DNA of 64,000 bases from the NCBI GenBank assembly GCA_964247055.1, contig OZ176056.1, forward strand, positions 6,138,001 through 6,202,000. Reading direction: 5' to 3'. Position numbers and translations under genes: made by a program. A model generated the notes under the pieces. It was not told the origin of the DNA, did no database searches, and saw nothing but the letters and a program-made list of their open reading frames with translations. Within the stretch, counting starts at the first letter, position 1. Each line of letters opens with the position of its first letter. The DNA comes from Paragordius varius. Lineage: Eukaryota; Animalia; Nematomorpha. This document shows positions 1 to 23,961 of this stretch, piece after piece.

Positions 1-174
1 TTATTTTTTCAAAACAAAATTTTATTTAGATATTTTGGCATATTTATATAATTTTTATTAGGAGAGAAGCATAAATTTAAATTGGGGACGTTTCCTTTAG
101 TAGTTTTTAAAAAAATTTAACTCAAATTTAGTCTGGGGTATTTAGATAACCCAAATTTCGAAGTGTTAACCATG

Positions 175-422
175 ATTTCGTAAAACAAAAATCTTAAAAT
201 AAACCTAATGATACTTGACTATTAACTTTAATAAGGTACAGATTTAATATGGTCAATTTCGAGTAACCAATATTTGAGCCTATGCAAAAACCCGTAGAAT
301 AATTGAAGACATACTTTTTATTGAATATGTTTTAAATTTTTTATCTCCATTACCTCTTTGCAAATTATTAAAAATAATTATCGGTGAGACTACGTCCAAC
401 AAAGCGAGACAGGGCCAGCTAG
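175..422 (+). mobile_element. Helitron 3'-end fragment
   Basis: Ends GCGAGACAGGGCCAGCTAG|T (CTAG at 419-422 followed by T). 175-422 is the reverse-complement homolog of 41406-41625, the 3' end of Helitron copy A (shared blocks TACGGGTTTTTGCATAGG and TTTATTTTAAGATTTT.GTTTTACG). Confidence 0.7.
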
Positions 423-753
423 TATATCTTATATAATATCATAAAGTATGGCAGTATTTATATAAGTAATATAAATGTAAGGATGAATAAAGTTTTGACC
501 CCTATGGAAAGAGGTTGTTATTTAATTATAATTAACCCCTTTTTTGAAAATGCGGCCCACCAGACTTAAATCGGGCACTCCTGCTAAAAGTTAAATAAAT
601 AATATAAGGTTTTTAAATGCTGAATGTTTTATTATTTAATTTTTACCAAAATTTATCACAGTATTTTATTTAAGTCCTAGGGTACCAAACTACCCCCAAT
701 AATCGCTTCAAATGAAATAGGTTTGATTAGATGTATGTTAAAATGAATGTACA

Positions 754-1468
754 ATGTATCTAACCACGCTTTTTCGCTCGATAGTTATTAACAATACTAG
801 ATGCCTATCATTTAGTTCGCCAAAGCTGGGCTTGATGGAATTTTTCGATGAACCTCAAAATTGGCACAAAAAAGATATTCGTCATGGTAATTATTTTTAA
901 TTATATAAGGTAGGGAATGGCAGGTGGAAGATTTAAGAATCAAAAGCAATGAAGATATACATAAGTTATGGTTTGTTCTTTATAAAGAATTAAACATGCT
1001 GATGACAATGGAACACGAATACAAAAGATTGAATAAATTATTTCCTGCCCCTGAGAGAATTGACAAAGTTAAACTCATTTTATAATCGATTAGGTTAAAG
1101 AGGGGATGAAAAATATTGAATCGGTTGTTTTCGAACGCAATGAAAGTTATCATTTATTGGAAAGAGGTATATCTCACAAGCGACAAGGTGAATTTCTATA
1201 TCATCCGGTTGGTGTTAGGGTGTATCGCGAAAATAACGAATGGCCTATTCCAAAAGAACTTAATAACGAAGAATTAGCCAAGGGCTATAAGGAATTCATT
1301 CTACCAGATGATCCTGAAGTTAAATATTTTTGGCCAAGACTTAAAGAAAAACATATAACGCTACGAATAAGGGCTAGTAAAAAGCGGCGAAAGTCAAATG
1401 AAAACATCGATCAAATTACAAAAGAGTCTTCGGCACGATTGAATGAACGCTTAAAACAAAATTCTTAG
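754..1468 (+). CDS. MRPL47: Mitochondrial large ribosomal subunit protein L47 (uL29m); exons 754-886, 910-1067, 1094-1468; 221 aa
   Basis: Spliced translation gives [12 protein letters not shown]...[37 protein letters not shown]...[23 protein letters not shown], matching the MRPL47 signature (GLEEFFD..KNW; W...LR.[20 protein letters not shown]). GT-AG introns of 23 and 26 nt; total CDS 666 nt, in frame. Confidence 0.93.
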
Positions 1469-2758
1469 CTAAATCTTATTTTTTATTTATCAACGAAATG
1501 TTTATAGATTTATTGAATTTTTCAATAAATATGATTAAGTGTACAGTTATCTAAACCACATTATTGTTTTATTTATAAATCAATAATAAAACATTGATTT
1601 AAAGGACTTATACCTCCTTAAACTTTAAAATATGCTTTCATTCAAATTTAAAAAAAATATATATACTTTTTTCAAAGAGAATATAAGCGATTTTATTTTT
1701 TAATCGTAATAAGCGCAAATCAATTGAGACGCTATATCAGTGGTACTGACCAAAGAAATTGCACGTTTTTTGTATCAGCAACGCTGTTTTCTTGCATATG
1801 CAGATCTTTAGCATATTTTAAATCAATACACTGATATTTTTTCGAGTCGCATATAAATCGGGGTTATGCCTCTTACAAGTCAATTAAATTTTTTAAATAC
1901 ATCGAAGAAACTTTGAAATATGCTTGGTTTTTGAGAGACAACAGCAAATGTAACTTGAGCATATTTTTAATATTTTTTGGCACATATCAAAATATATTGT
2001 TTCTCAAGAATGTTATTTGATTATAGCTGAATCATTGTCAAAAACGATCTCTTTAACAAGATGCGGTGAAGGAAAAATACATAAATAATATTAGAAAGAA
2101 GATACATCTAAATATTGATAAAATTTGTGAGTTATATGCATAAGCAATCATACATTTAAAAATTATTAATTCATGGCCATAAAAAATTAGTTTTGGGCCT
2201 CGGTTTGAGTACCTTTGCGCTTATGCCTAATAATACCAAGCCGATAATTTAAACGGGTAAGTTTTTTATGAAGGAGAAAAATGTCTGAAAACTTTTTAGA
2301 TAAAACATTCTTTTTAATTTGTTTTTTAATCATAGCCTAACCATAATGTCATCAGATATTTTGAAATTTGACGCAACGCAATTAAAATATTTTGTCTGTT
2401 TTTACACCATCGGTGCGGTATATTACGCAGTTTCCACAAAAAATATATAGATAAAAATATATATTCTGATAGCAAAATATCAGGATTATTATCATCGTGC
2501 TTTTGGTTTAAATTTTTAGATGTGGGCTCCGAAACTCTCAAATTTTTTGCCCCTCTAAAATGGATTGTTCTCTTAAAATAAACGCAAAAATCGACATTGT
2601 GCAACAATTTTAAATATATGGTAAATTTTGATATCGATTAAATATATTTTAAAAAATGCATACTTTCAAAATTTAATATTTGGGAAATTTTTTATAAAGC
2701 GTACCTCATAATATTTTGAGCATGATGGAAATGATATAAACGGTTGAGATGTTATACC

Positions 2759-4089
2759 TAGGGTTGTGATTTTGACCCCATTTTTTTGAAAAAAGGGGTC
2801 AGACCTAGGTCCGACCTAGGTCATACCATATGTTATTGCCAATAATAAATAACTACATACCTAAATACTTGATTGAATCACATATTTTTTACATAAAGTA
2901 TTTTTTTAAAATTATACTTTCACCAATCCTGATAATTTAAATTTCTACAATTACTTTCCTGGAATCATACATAAAGACTTTTAGAAAAATCACAGAAAGC
3001 TAAGAATAACAAGAAAATATGGATTTATTAAAATTTATTTATGCTCTAATTATTTAAATTGTGTAAAAACGAGTCACCGTCCATGAACTTAACGTTAACT
3101 TAGGATGGTTCAAAGTTTTTATACTTTGAAAGTTTTTATATGATTTATTAGATTTAATGTATAATCGTGCTCCTCCATTTAAAATTTCAGTAATCTTATT
3201 AAGTTTAATATATTCTTTGATCGAATTTATTATATGACATTGGCATCCATGCCATATTATATTGGAATATTCTTTATTAATCAAATTTTCAGAAGCCTTC
3301 ATGTTTGCTGCATTATCGGTCACAATAGCATTAATTTTTTTAATTTCCAATATCTTTTATAATTGATTCCATTATGTTATAGATATCGGCAGTCTTACTA
3401 TGATAAGATGTGTCAATAGTTAATAAAAAATGACTTTTAGGATCTTTGGCCAATAATATCAATTATTTGCTCCCTACGATGGTAAAGGGATCGACGATTA
3501 ACGAAATATTATTACATATTCCAACATCTATTTTTATATCTTCAAAACATGAATCTAGTAATTCATTGGAAATCTGTTTTCTATTTGGAATAGCATAATT
3601 CGGTTTTAATTATAAATGAAACTCCGAAAATGTTTATTTTCATTTATGTTTAGAGTTTAGGATGTAAAAATAAATTTTGCTAAATGTTTCTGGCTAATTT
3701 CTTCTTGAAAACAGAATTTTTAATACAAACTTAAGAAATTAAATACTTAGCTTGCTTTCGACCATCACCTTCTGTCATATAATTTATTTCTTGAATTTCT
3801 TTCAGATGCTTCATTAGTTTTTTTATTGATATAGTGTAATTGCATTCCTTGCATGTAACTTGATTTTTTTTGCTGGAAAAATTTCCACATGACTGATTTC
3901 ATTATGATTTAGGAAGTTAAGAAAAGATGTGCATTATATATTTAAAACAAAATAATACATATAAATAATATAAGGTTTTGTTTTCCTAAAAATTGTAAAA
4001 TTAAAAAAATTAAAAAAAAATAAAAAAAATTGTAGGTCATTTTTTTCGTGGTCATGACCCTTGGTCATTGACTAATGGGCACAACCCTA
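2759..4089 (-). mobile_element. hAT DNA transposon, defective copy 1
   Basis: TIRs TAGGGTTGTG (2759) / CACAACCCTA (4089). Internal degraded hAT transposase. Both ends are shared with 23962-25867. No 8-bp TSD is visible for this copy. Confidence 0.85.
3054..3890 (-). pseudogene. Degraded hAT transposase (BED-finger remnant plus catalytic core fragment)
   Basis: ORF 3054-3350 has the hAT motifs IVTDNAANM, WHGCQCHIIN and VTRF. A frameshifted N-terminus near 3800-3890 reads MWKFF..QVTCKECNYTI (BED-like). Confidence 0.8.
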
Positions 4090-7000
4090 GACCATTTTTA
4101 TCTATAATATAATACTAAACATTTTTTTCACTCAGAATTATTGTTTTTTTACAAAAATTCACCAAAATTTGCAAAGCGAACAAACCTTTAAATTAAAATA
4201 CTCATAATAGTTCAACATCATCGAATTATTTAGAAAAAGGTTTTTAATTTATCTTAAAGCGTTATACCGTTTCCATCATGCTTCAAAATAGTTTGAGTAC
4301 GCTTCAACAAAATATCTTAAGTTTGTTTATATAAAAAATAAGAAAACTAATAAAAATTAGAGTTTAGAAATAAAAATTAAGAAATATCATATCTTTTACC
4401 TTATGAGTATAGAAATAAAAAACTATTATATTTTTAACACGAAAATAAGTTATTTCCAAATTATATGCCATATATAATAATATGTTACGGGAATACGTTC
4501 TAAATTTTCCTTTTAACACTGCTCAACAAGGTTTTGCACCACCCCATTTTTTTACATTTTCTGTTACCTATTGGCATGGAAAGGCCAAAACAAAATTAGG
4601 CCGCCAATAGGATTTTTAAAAAATTTTATTTTAAATTTTGTATTTAATTTTAAAAAACAATTATTCCTCGTGTACATATATTTAAATATTTAAGCGAGCT
4701 AGTCGATACGGTATTCCAAAGCCAGGTCTTTCATTATTTTAGAACGAAAATGCAAAAATGATCCAAATATACCAGCCCTAGTATACTAACCACAGGAGAT
4801 TTTTTATTATCGAAGATTCTTGAGAAATTATTAATGATCCATATAATAAAACTTTATAAATATGCAGTTCGATGTTTATATTAAATTATAAACTGCCCAA
4901 AATCGTAGCTGAAAGTTCGTTATCTCTTTTTCACGAGAAATACCTCTTATCGACCGGGTTTGTTATTCGACATAGAAATAGGCAATATATCATTTATTGA
5001 ATAAATTAATTAAAAATTCTATGTATAAATTAAAAAACATTATGAAACTTTAAGAATATAGAAATAAAATAAATTGCTAAGAGCTAAAGAGTATTAAAAT
5101 TCAGAAATATTATGAATCTAAAAGGTCCAATATTTGATGTGTGGTATGATATCCCGGCGGCTTGCACAAGCTCTGCGAATATCCGCCAGCAATCCTATAA
5201 TATTAAATAATCGTAGACCCGGAGAGACCTGCAGATAATACAACGTAGTTAACTTCAGCAAAATTGAGGGAAATCGACATGTCATGACTAATTCACAGAA
5301 TAGAGTTAGACAAATTTGACCATGAAATCGGATAAGATTAGATAAGTTCAAGTGTTCATATTGTACATAAAATTATGGTAGGATATCAATCATCCAGGTA
5401 ATAAAAGTTGCTGCCCAACATACATCTGAAATTCAAATTATACCGCAGCCAATTATTTTCAAAATAATTATATATCCACTAGTATAAATAACAGGACTTT
5501 TTGTAGGAATCAACCGAAGAGAATAACCCTACTAAAAATAACCAAAACTATCAAAACAAATATAGCCTATCTGAAAGCCGAAGGTTTAAACAACAAAATG
5601 CCCCTTTTAGTTTATTTTAAATATAAATTTATACAGGTTTAAAATTATTTAAAAAACACTAGATTTTAACATTTATACTTAAACTATTTTTTTCTCCTTG
5701 ATACACATATTTATATTCCAAAGATAGAGTATAAAACGCTTTATTAGATGATATTAATTTTATAATATAATTTTTATTATGTTATATTTAATTTTCTGCC
5801 TATTTTCTCTTGTTTTTAAAAAATTAAAAAATCTGTAATATCTCAAAATTTTGATTGGAGAGATCAATTTTTTTTAAATTTGGACTGAAATAAGTAAATA
5901 TTCAAAAATTTAATGGTGTTCTTCGAAAAAGTTGTCTACTAGTGTAATTATAACAAAAAATGAACTTTCTTAACCTGATCAAACATTTATTAAAATATCA
6001 TAAATTAATTTTAAATTTTGAGGACTCTTTTTGCGGAAGCCCTAAAGAGCTATTAGCTTGAAATTTACGGTGGAGTCGGAGATTTATAGTTTCACTGCGC
6101 GAAAGGCTTAAGCGGTTTGGCCGATCCAAAACCCAATTTTATGTATAATTCGAGCAGAAATAATATTAACCTATTAAAAATAGGCCAATCGTTTTTTACC
6201 GCAAAATGAACCATTTCTTGACAAATTATGGAGTAATTTTTACAGAGGGCACTATATTAAATTCTCAAATAATTTTTTTAAATAAATAAAAGCTAATAAA
6301 TATATATTTATAAAAAATTAAATTTTTCAATTTCAAAAAGCAGTACAAAAGTGGGCGGAGTACAGGCGCAGTTTTTTTCTGAAAACCCAGTACTGTACTA
6401 GGAAAAACAGCCTATCTGGTCACATTACCTAACCAGATATTTTGAAACACGCATTCCATTATTATTATACTTTGATGAGAATTTAATTTTTAAAAACGTT
6501 ACTATGTTTTTTTTGATACACACAAAAAAGAAATTAAAATAAAAAGAAAGATAAAAAATTATATTTTAATATGTTGCGGAAATAAAAATTTTATAAATGA
6601 TTTTCAGTCAGAAAATTATAATTTAAAGTAAACTTAAATCAACTGAAACTTAAATGTAACAATAATTGAATCTATTTTATGTTAATTTTAAATTTACGTC
6701 CTTTTTCCGGAAGGCCCATTATGTGAATGGCTGCATTCATAAGCGGTTTGACCGGTCCAAACCTCATAACATTCACTATGTGCAACAAAATTTGGGATCA
6801 ATTTTCTGGATCTTATTTTTTAATATTTTATGATTCCTTATGGTATTGTGATCAGATCTGTGTAAAAAAAATTTTTAATTACCTAGCTCGTTTTCAAGAT
6901 GGACATTTTCTAAATTTGGACATATCCAAAGTTTTCTCGTTTTTAAATATTTTTTGCTAGGTAAACAAATAATATGTGGCTTATCTAAATATTTTTACAA

Positions 7001-7699
7001 GAGATCACCAATTTTTCTTCAACATTAAAAAAAAATACTCAAAATATCCAATACTTTTTGTTCTAGGGGGCAAAAACCATCAAAAATTGGGTAACTTAAC
7101 AGACTTTGACGCAAATATTTTTCATCACTTATTAAATAAAAACAAACTTTATTTTATGTTCTTGGATGTTAATAATGTGTTTAAATATAAATATCATTCT
7201 GTAATAGCTTTGTGGACTTTTATTTTTAAAAATATTTTTAATTTTTACACCTTTTTTGCTGTTTTTTTATGTAAAAAAGCTAATTTTACTCAGCTGTATG
7301 CCCTAAATTCTATATTTCATATGATATTTTTAAATATTTACATTATATCTGTTCAGCATTACTAAATTTTATGTCTTAAAATGTAATCCTTACAATGTAA
7401 TTTTTTATTTATAAATTTAGGATGACTAGCGGGTAAAAGTATTCTATCTAAAAAAAATCTAGGCTTAGAGGGGTTTTTGTGGACCGTTGTGGTAGGAATA
7501 AGTACCATGACCAAGTACCCAACGCAACAATTTACATCTGACGTCACCTAGTCGTATACGACTGTGAAGAATAAATAAATATGGAGAATATGCCATATTT
7601 TATGAAAAACGTTTTAAAAAAATTTATATAATACCATCAATAAATATTTTCATCCTATATTTATTTTATTTGACATTACATGTTATCACTCAGAGCGGT

Positions 7700-8720
7700 C
7701 ATGTTATACAATCTTGCCATCATTCTCTATCTATGGCGTCTTCTGCATTAAGCACGTATTTACTGTATCTATCCATCGTTTTAGCCGGCCCACGTCCTCG
7801 TTTCCCTTCAACTATATGATCTATCATTTTTGCAATATAATTAGAATCTCTCCTTTCAATTTGCCCAAACCAACGTAGCCTATTTTTTGACATTCTTATT
7901 ATTCGTTTAATATCTGTGCTCCCACGAATAAATCTATTCTCAATTGTGTCCATTCTTGTTACCCCACACATCATTCTAAGCATTTTCATTTCAGTCACGT
8001 TTAAATGTCTTTCTTCGGATTTTTTGACACACCACGTCTGTGAATTATACATCATTGTGGGTTGAACAACTGAACAGTATATCTAACCTTTCACTCTAAC
8101 ATCAATATTTCGATCACATAATACGCTTGAACTTTTCTTCCAATTTACCCAACTGCTCTTTGTTCTTAAATTAATATCATCGGTCAACGATCCATCTGAT
8201 TTAACATAGCCCCCAAATATTTGCAACTTTCTTTATCCTTCACAACCCAACTATCATCAACTTCCATTTCATGTTGTGGACCCCCAAAAGTAATAAGTCT
8301 GATTTTTGCTTTGTTTACTTCCAGACCATATTCATTTAGTATAATAACCCATCTGTTTACCGTTCGCTTTAACTCTGCCAATGATTCAGACAAGATGATT
8401 ATGTCATCTGCATGCATTAAGTACCAACCTGACCTTACATTAACGACCTTAGCTATCTCCTCCATACAAATTATTAACAATAAGGGCCTGAGTGATGAGC
8501 CTTGGTAGACTCCATGCTTTATTGAAAAGGGCTTTGATAAACCTTGTGGAGTTTTATTGGAGGTGTGGGATTAGTGCATCATTTGTAACAACTTAATATA
8601 ACTTTCTGGCACCTTTTTACGACGGAGACTTTACTAAAAAGTGTCTAGGAATCCTGTCAAACGCCTTCTCTGTGCCAATTAAAACCCCGTGTAACTCTTT
8701 CAATGAGAATAATATATTGA
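7700..8720 (-). mobile_element. Degraded RTE-clade LINE fragment (RT core and C-terminus)
   Basis: Frameshifted ORFs contain TEKAFDRIP, LMHADDII, CKYLG, SQTWCVKKSEERHLNVTEMKMLRMMCGVTRMD and RLRWFG...GKRGRG, which are typical of the RTE ORF. Confidence 0.85.
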
Positions 8721-8886
8721 ATTATATGCAAATGCTCATTTAATGCTCCAATTAATTAGAGTGAATATTAAATAAAGTGTATATTTTGGTCAGGAGATTT
8801 AAAGACAAGGATAATTTATCTTGATGTTGAATGAAATTAAATTAGTTGTAATTCATAGAGAAAATAAAATAATAATTTATTTATTC

Positions 8887-8901
8887 ATATATATATAATA
8901 T

Positions 8902-8975
<74 letters not shown>
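8887..8975. repeat. (TA)n microsatellite
   Basis: About 90 bp of near-perfect TA repeat. Others lie at ~40686-40735, ~44020-44042, ~50963-51001, ~56337-56382 and ~57893-57918. Confidence 0.95.
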
Positions 8976-8977
<2 letters not shown>

Positions 8978-11652
8978 GGCAAATTAAATTTATATTATTT
9001 CTATAAGTTTTTTCGAAAGATTTAAAAAATGATTCCCTTTTCGCCTCTTTGATCTGTGATGGCGTCTTTGGGAAACACACACAGATGGGAGTCCACCATA
9101 AGTAGCTTTAGATTCAGGCGGCATCCTATATTTTTGGATAAAAAAGAGTATACATGTTTAAATAACATGTGTAATAACATACATACCCATCCTATAGAAA
9201 GAGTCAATTAAACAATTGCCTAATTCCAGGTATTGTTTTTTAATTTCCAAAAAAATTTTAAGAAAAAGTTCGCAATGCAACCTATGCCGCTTTTTCTTTG
9301 GGTTGCATTTTAGATTCAAACACCACATCGTTCAAAAGCGTAACCTTAAATTAAATGTATAATATCTGCGCCCCTATCAAAACTGCGGCGTTTTTATAAA
9401 AAATACCTGGCTTATTGTGGCACCATGTTCCTACACTAATGCTACATGTCTGAGATACGGTGTTCTGGGCCCAAATCTCGGTTCCCCATAATATAAAAAA
9501 AATAGTTTTTTATGTAAATGGTAATGTTTATCCTATTAGTTTTTTTGTGTTTGTGTCTACATATATGGCAAACAATATTTTTATCCATCGGGCTTCCTAA
9601 ATTTATACCACTTGGGTGATAATTATATTTTTTGTACATTTGTATATAATAATATATTCTTGATGACAAAGATTATTAAAGTATAATTAAGTGTAGGAAA
9701 TATTTAAAAATATCATATGAAATAAAGCATATAGTATATACAGCTGAGTAAAATTTAGCTTTTCTTACATAAAAAAACAGCGAAAAGGTGTAAAAATTAA
9801 ATTTATTTTTAAAAATAAAAGTCCACAAAGCTATTTAATGATATTTATATTTAAAAAAACATTATTAAAATCCAATAACATAAAATAAAGTTTGTTTTTA
9901 TTTAATAAGATGATAAAAAATGTTTGTGTCAAAAAATGTTAAGTTCCCCAATTTTTGAGGGTTTTTGCCCCCTAGAACAAAAGTATTGGATATTTTGAGT
10001 GAAGTATTTTTATTTCAAAGATAAATTGGTGGTCTATAATAAAATTTTATTATAATCCACATATTATTTTTTTACCTAGCGAAAAATATTTACAAACGAG
10101 AAAATTTTGGATATGTCTTAATATGGAAAAAGTCCCATATCTCGGAAACGACCTGGGTAAGTAAAATTTTTTTTCACAAATCTGATTACAATACCATAAG
10201 GAATCAGAAAATATAAAAAAATTAGATCCAGAAAAAGTTGTGTTACAGTGTTATAGTCATCCTAATTATTTTGCCCTTAATGATCTTAACGATCATAATC
10301 AGATTTACCTACTAATGATCTTTAACGATCATAATTAGATTAGTTAACTCAATAATTGTATGATAATTAGCAAATATGTATGAGAAAAGAAATAGAAAGA
10401 AAAATCAGCCTTAAAAATGCGGTTTAAAATTCATGACATTATAATTCTAAAACTAAGCTAAACGCAGATTTTGAGGAATTTAAAAGCGTTAAATATAATT
10501 TAATGTTATGGGTACATGCAAAATCAACAACATTATCAAAGTTCCAAAATTTAAATAAATTACGGGGTTGTAACAATAATCAAACTTTAAAATTAGAATC
10601 TATTAAAATTTTTCTTTTAGCGAGCACTTGTAAAAAAGGTGTGAATGTTTTTCTAAAATGTACAACTAACCTATGATGTATACCAAACCACCACGAGAAG
10701 ACAGCACTAGGATTTTATTTCCCTAAAGTGGGGAATGGACTGATAATCTTAGTAATAAGGAGCCCGATGAGTCAATGCATAGAGATTCCTAACCAATAGT
10801 TATCTATACTATAGGCTATAGTAATGTAACCAGATAGAGGCTTTAGGTTTTTGTAAAAAACTGCGTTTGTATTGCACTGAATTTTGTCTCGGTTTTGGAA
10901 ATTAAAATTTTATTTAAGTTTTTTTATAAATATATATTAAATACCTTTTATTTATACAAATAAATTTATACAAATAAATTATTGCGAAATTTGATTGAAT
11001 ATCCTCCGTTAAAATAACCCCAATTTGTAAAAAAAGGTTAATTCTGTGTTAAAAAACTAAGATTGGCCATAATAAATTAGTATTTATTTTATTTTCTCTG
11101 AGAATACGGGGTGGTCGAGACTAGAGTTTGGGATATCAAAACTTGATACATTAAATAAATAAACAACTTCCCTTTTTGAATACGATGGGCCTATACAATT
11201 TAAGAATTGCTTTATCTGCAATATTTATTAATGACCAATTTTTATGGAATAAATTGATTGAATTCAAATTCTCAGATTTTTTTTTTAAAAACAATTCTTT
11301 GTCAACCACATTTTTTAGGAGAGTGGGTCTAAACTGATGGGTTTTAATAAGGCCCCAGCTCATTTGGAAAACTAAAAGAAATATATTTAGCGAAAAAGCG
11401 TCCACGTTTTGCTGTATATGAATTCGAAACCAATCTTTATTTAACGCCCACATCAGGGTGATGGTAACAATGCGCTAATAAAAGAATGACTCTATAACCC
11501 TAGCCGCTTTTAACACAAAATAATACTAATTATATTTGAATTAACTAAAATTTAGTCTGGGGTATTTAGATACTCCAATTTAAATCGAAGTGTTAATAGT
11601 TTGTATTTGATTTTTAATAATATTCGTTGTTGTACCTCACATTGTTGGACTC

Positions 11653-23623
<11,971 letters not shown>

Positions 23624-23645
23624 ATTATTATTACTATTTATATTA

Positions 23646-23890
23646 CAGAATAAAAATTGTAATTTTGCCGACAAAACGTAAAAGTATAAAGACAAATATG
23701 GTTTTCTAAAAGAAAACGATACTTTATGTTTTAACCTTAGTTTGTCTCATAAAAATCATTAAAAATTACAATAATATATGATTGATAAAGTCACCAATAT
23801 ATCCATCTATATTCCATACTTTGCAATTTTTATAAATGACTTATCAATCTATATTTTAACGTTTTGTCCGTATAATTTCCATTTTTACTG
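23646..23890. mobile_element. Tc1/pogo-like MITE family M (TA|CAG...CTG|TA), directly after the DDX41 stop codon
   Basis: TIR-like ends with the ACAAAACGT/ACGTTTTGT core. Further copies at ~27480-27745, 29553-29827 and 56687-~56900. Confidence 0.7.
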
Positions 23891-23961
23891 TATCAAAATC
23901 GAGATTTTTATGTAAAACTAGAGATGTTTACGAAATAAATAAATTAATATTTTATTAGATA

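Larger units (their letters stand above)
2490..4320. mobile_element. Palindromic (foldback) element, family P, split by a nested hAT
   Basis: 2690-2750 is the inverted homolog of 4240-4320. Both resemble the inner arms of the 49864-50963 palindrome. TTTAGATGTGGGCTCC(G)AAACTCTCA at ~2515 matches the reverse complement of ~46415-46440. Outer boundaries are uncertain. Confidence 0.55.
6150..11080. repeat. Long two-tier inverted repeat (arms ~6150-6435/10820-11080 and ~6790-7345/9697-10240)
   Basis: Example pairs: TTGTTCTAGGGGGCAAAAACC (~7060) vs GTTTTTGCCCCCTAGAACAA (~9961); CTATCTGGTCACATTAC (~6412) vs GTAATGTAACCAGATAG (~10821). The arms are roughly 75-85% alike by eye. Confidence 0.75.

Noticed and set aside
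5100-5400. GC-richer patch with ORF 5118-5351
   Set aside because: No recognisable motif or splice structure in any frame; it may be a decayed element.
6727-7365. ORFs of 77 and 129 aa
   Set aside because: They lie in an inverted-repeat arm, have low-complexity F/K/N/I composition, and are not preserved in the partner arm.
8877-9080. ORFs with YIYIYI runs (also 56182-56422)
   Set aside because: They are translations of (TA)n microsatellites.
9040-9210. Plus-strand THRWESTI, faintly like the hAT TRWNST motif
   Set aside because: It is too short and no other transposase motif supports it.
10735-10800. CTGATAA / CGATGAG resembling a hammerhead ribozyme core
   Set aside because: There is no correctly placed GAAA and no supporting stems.
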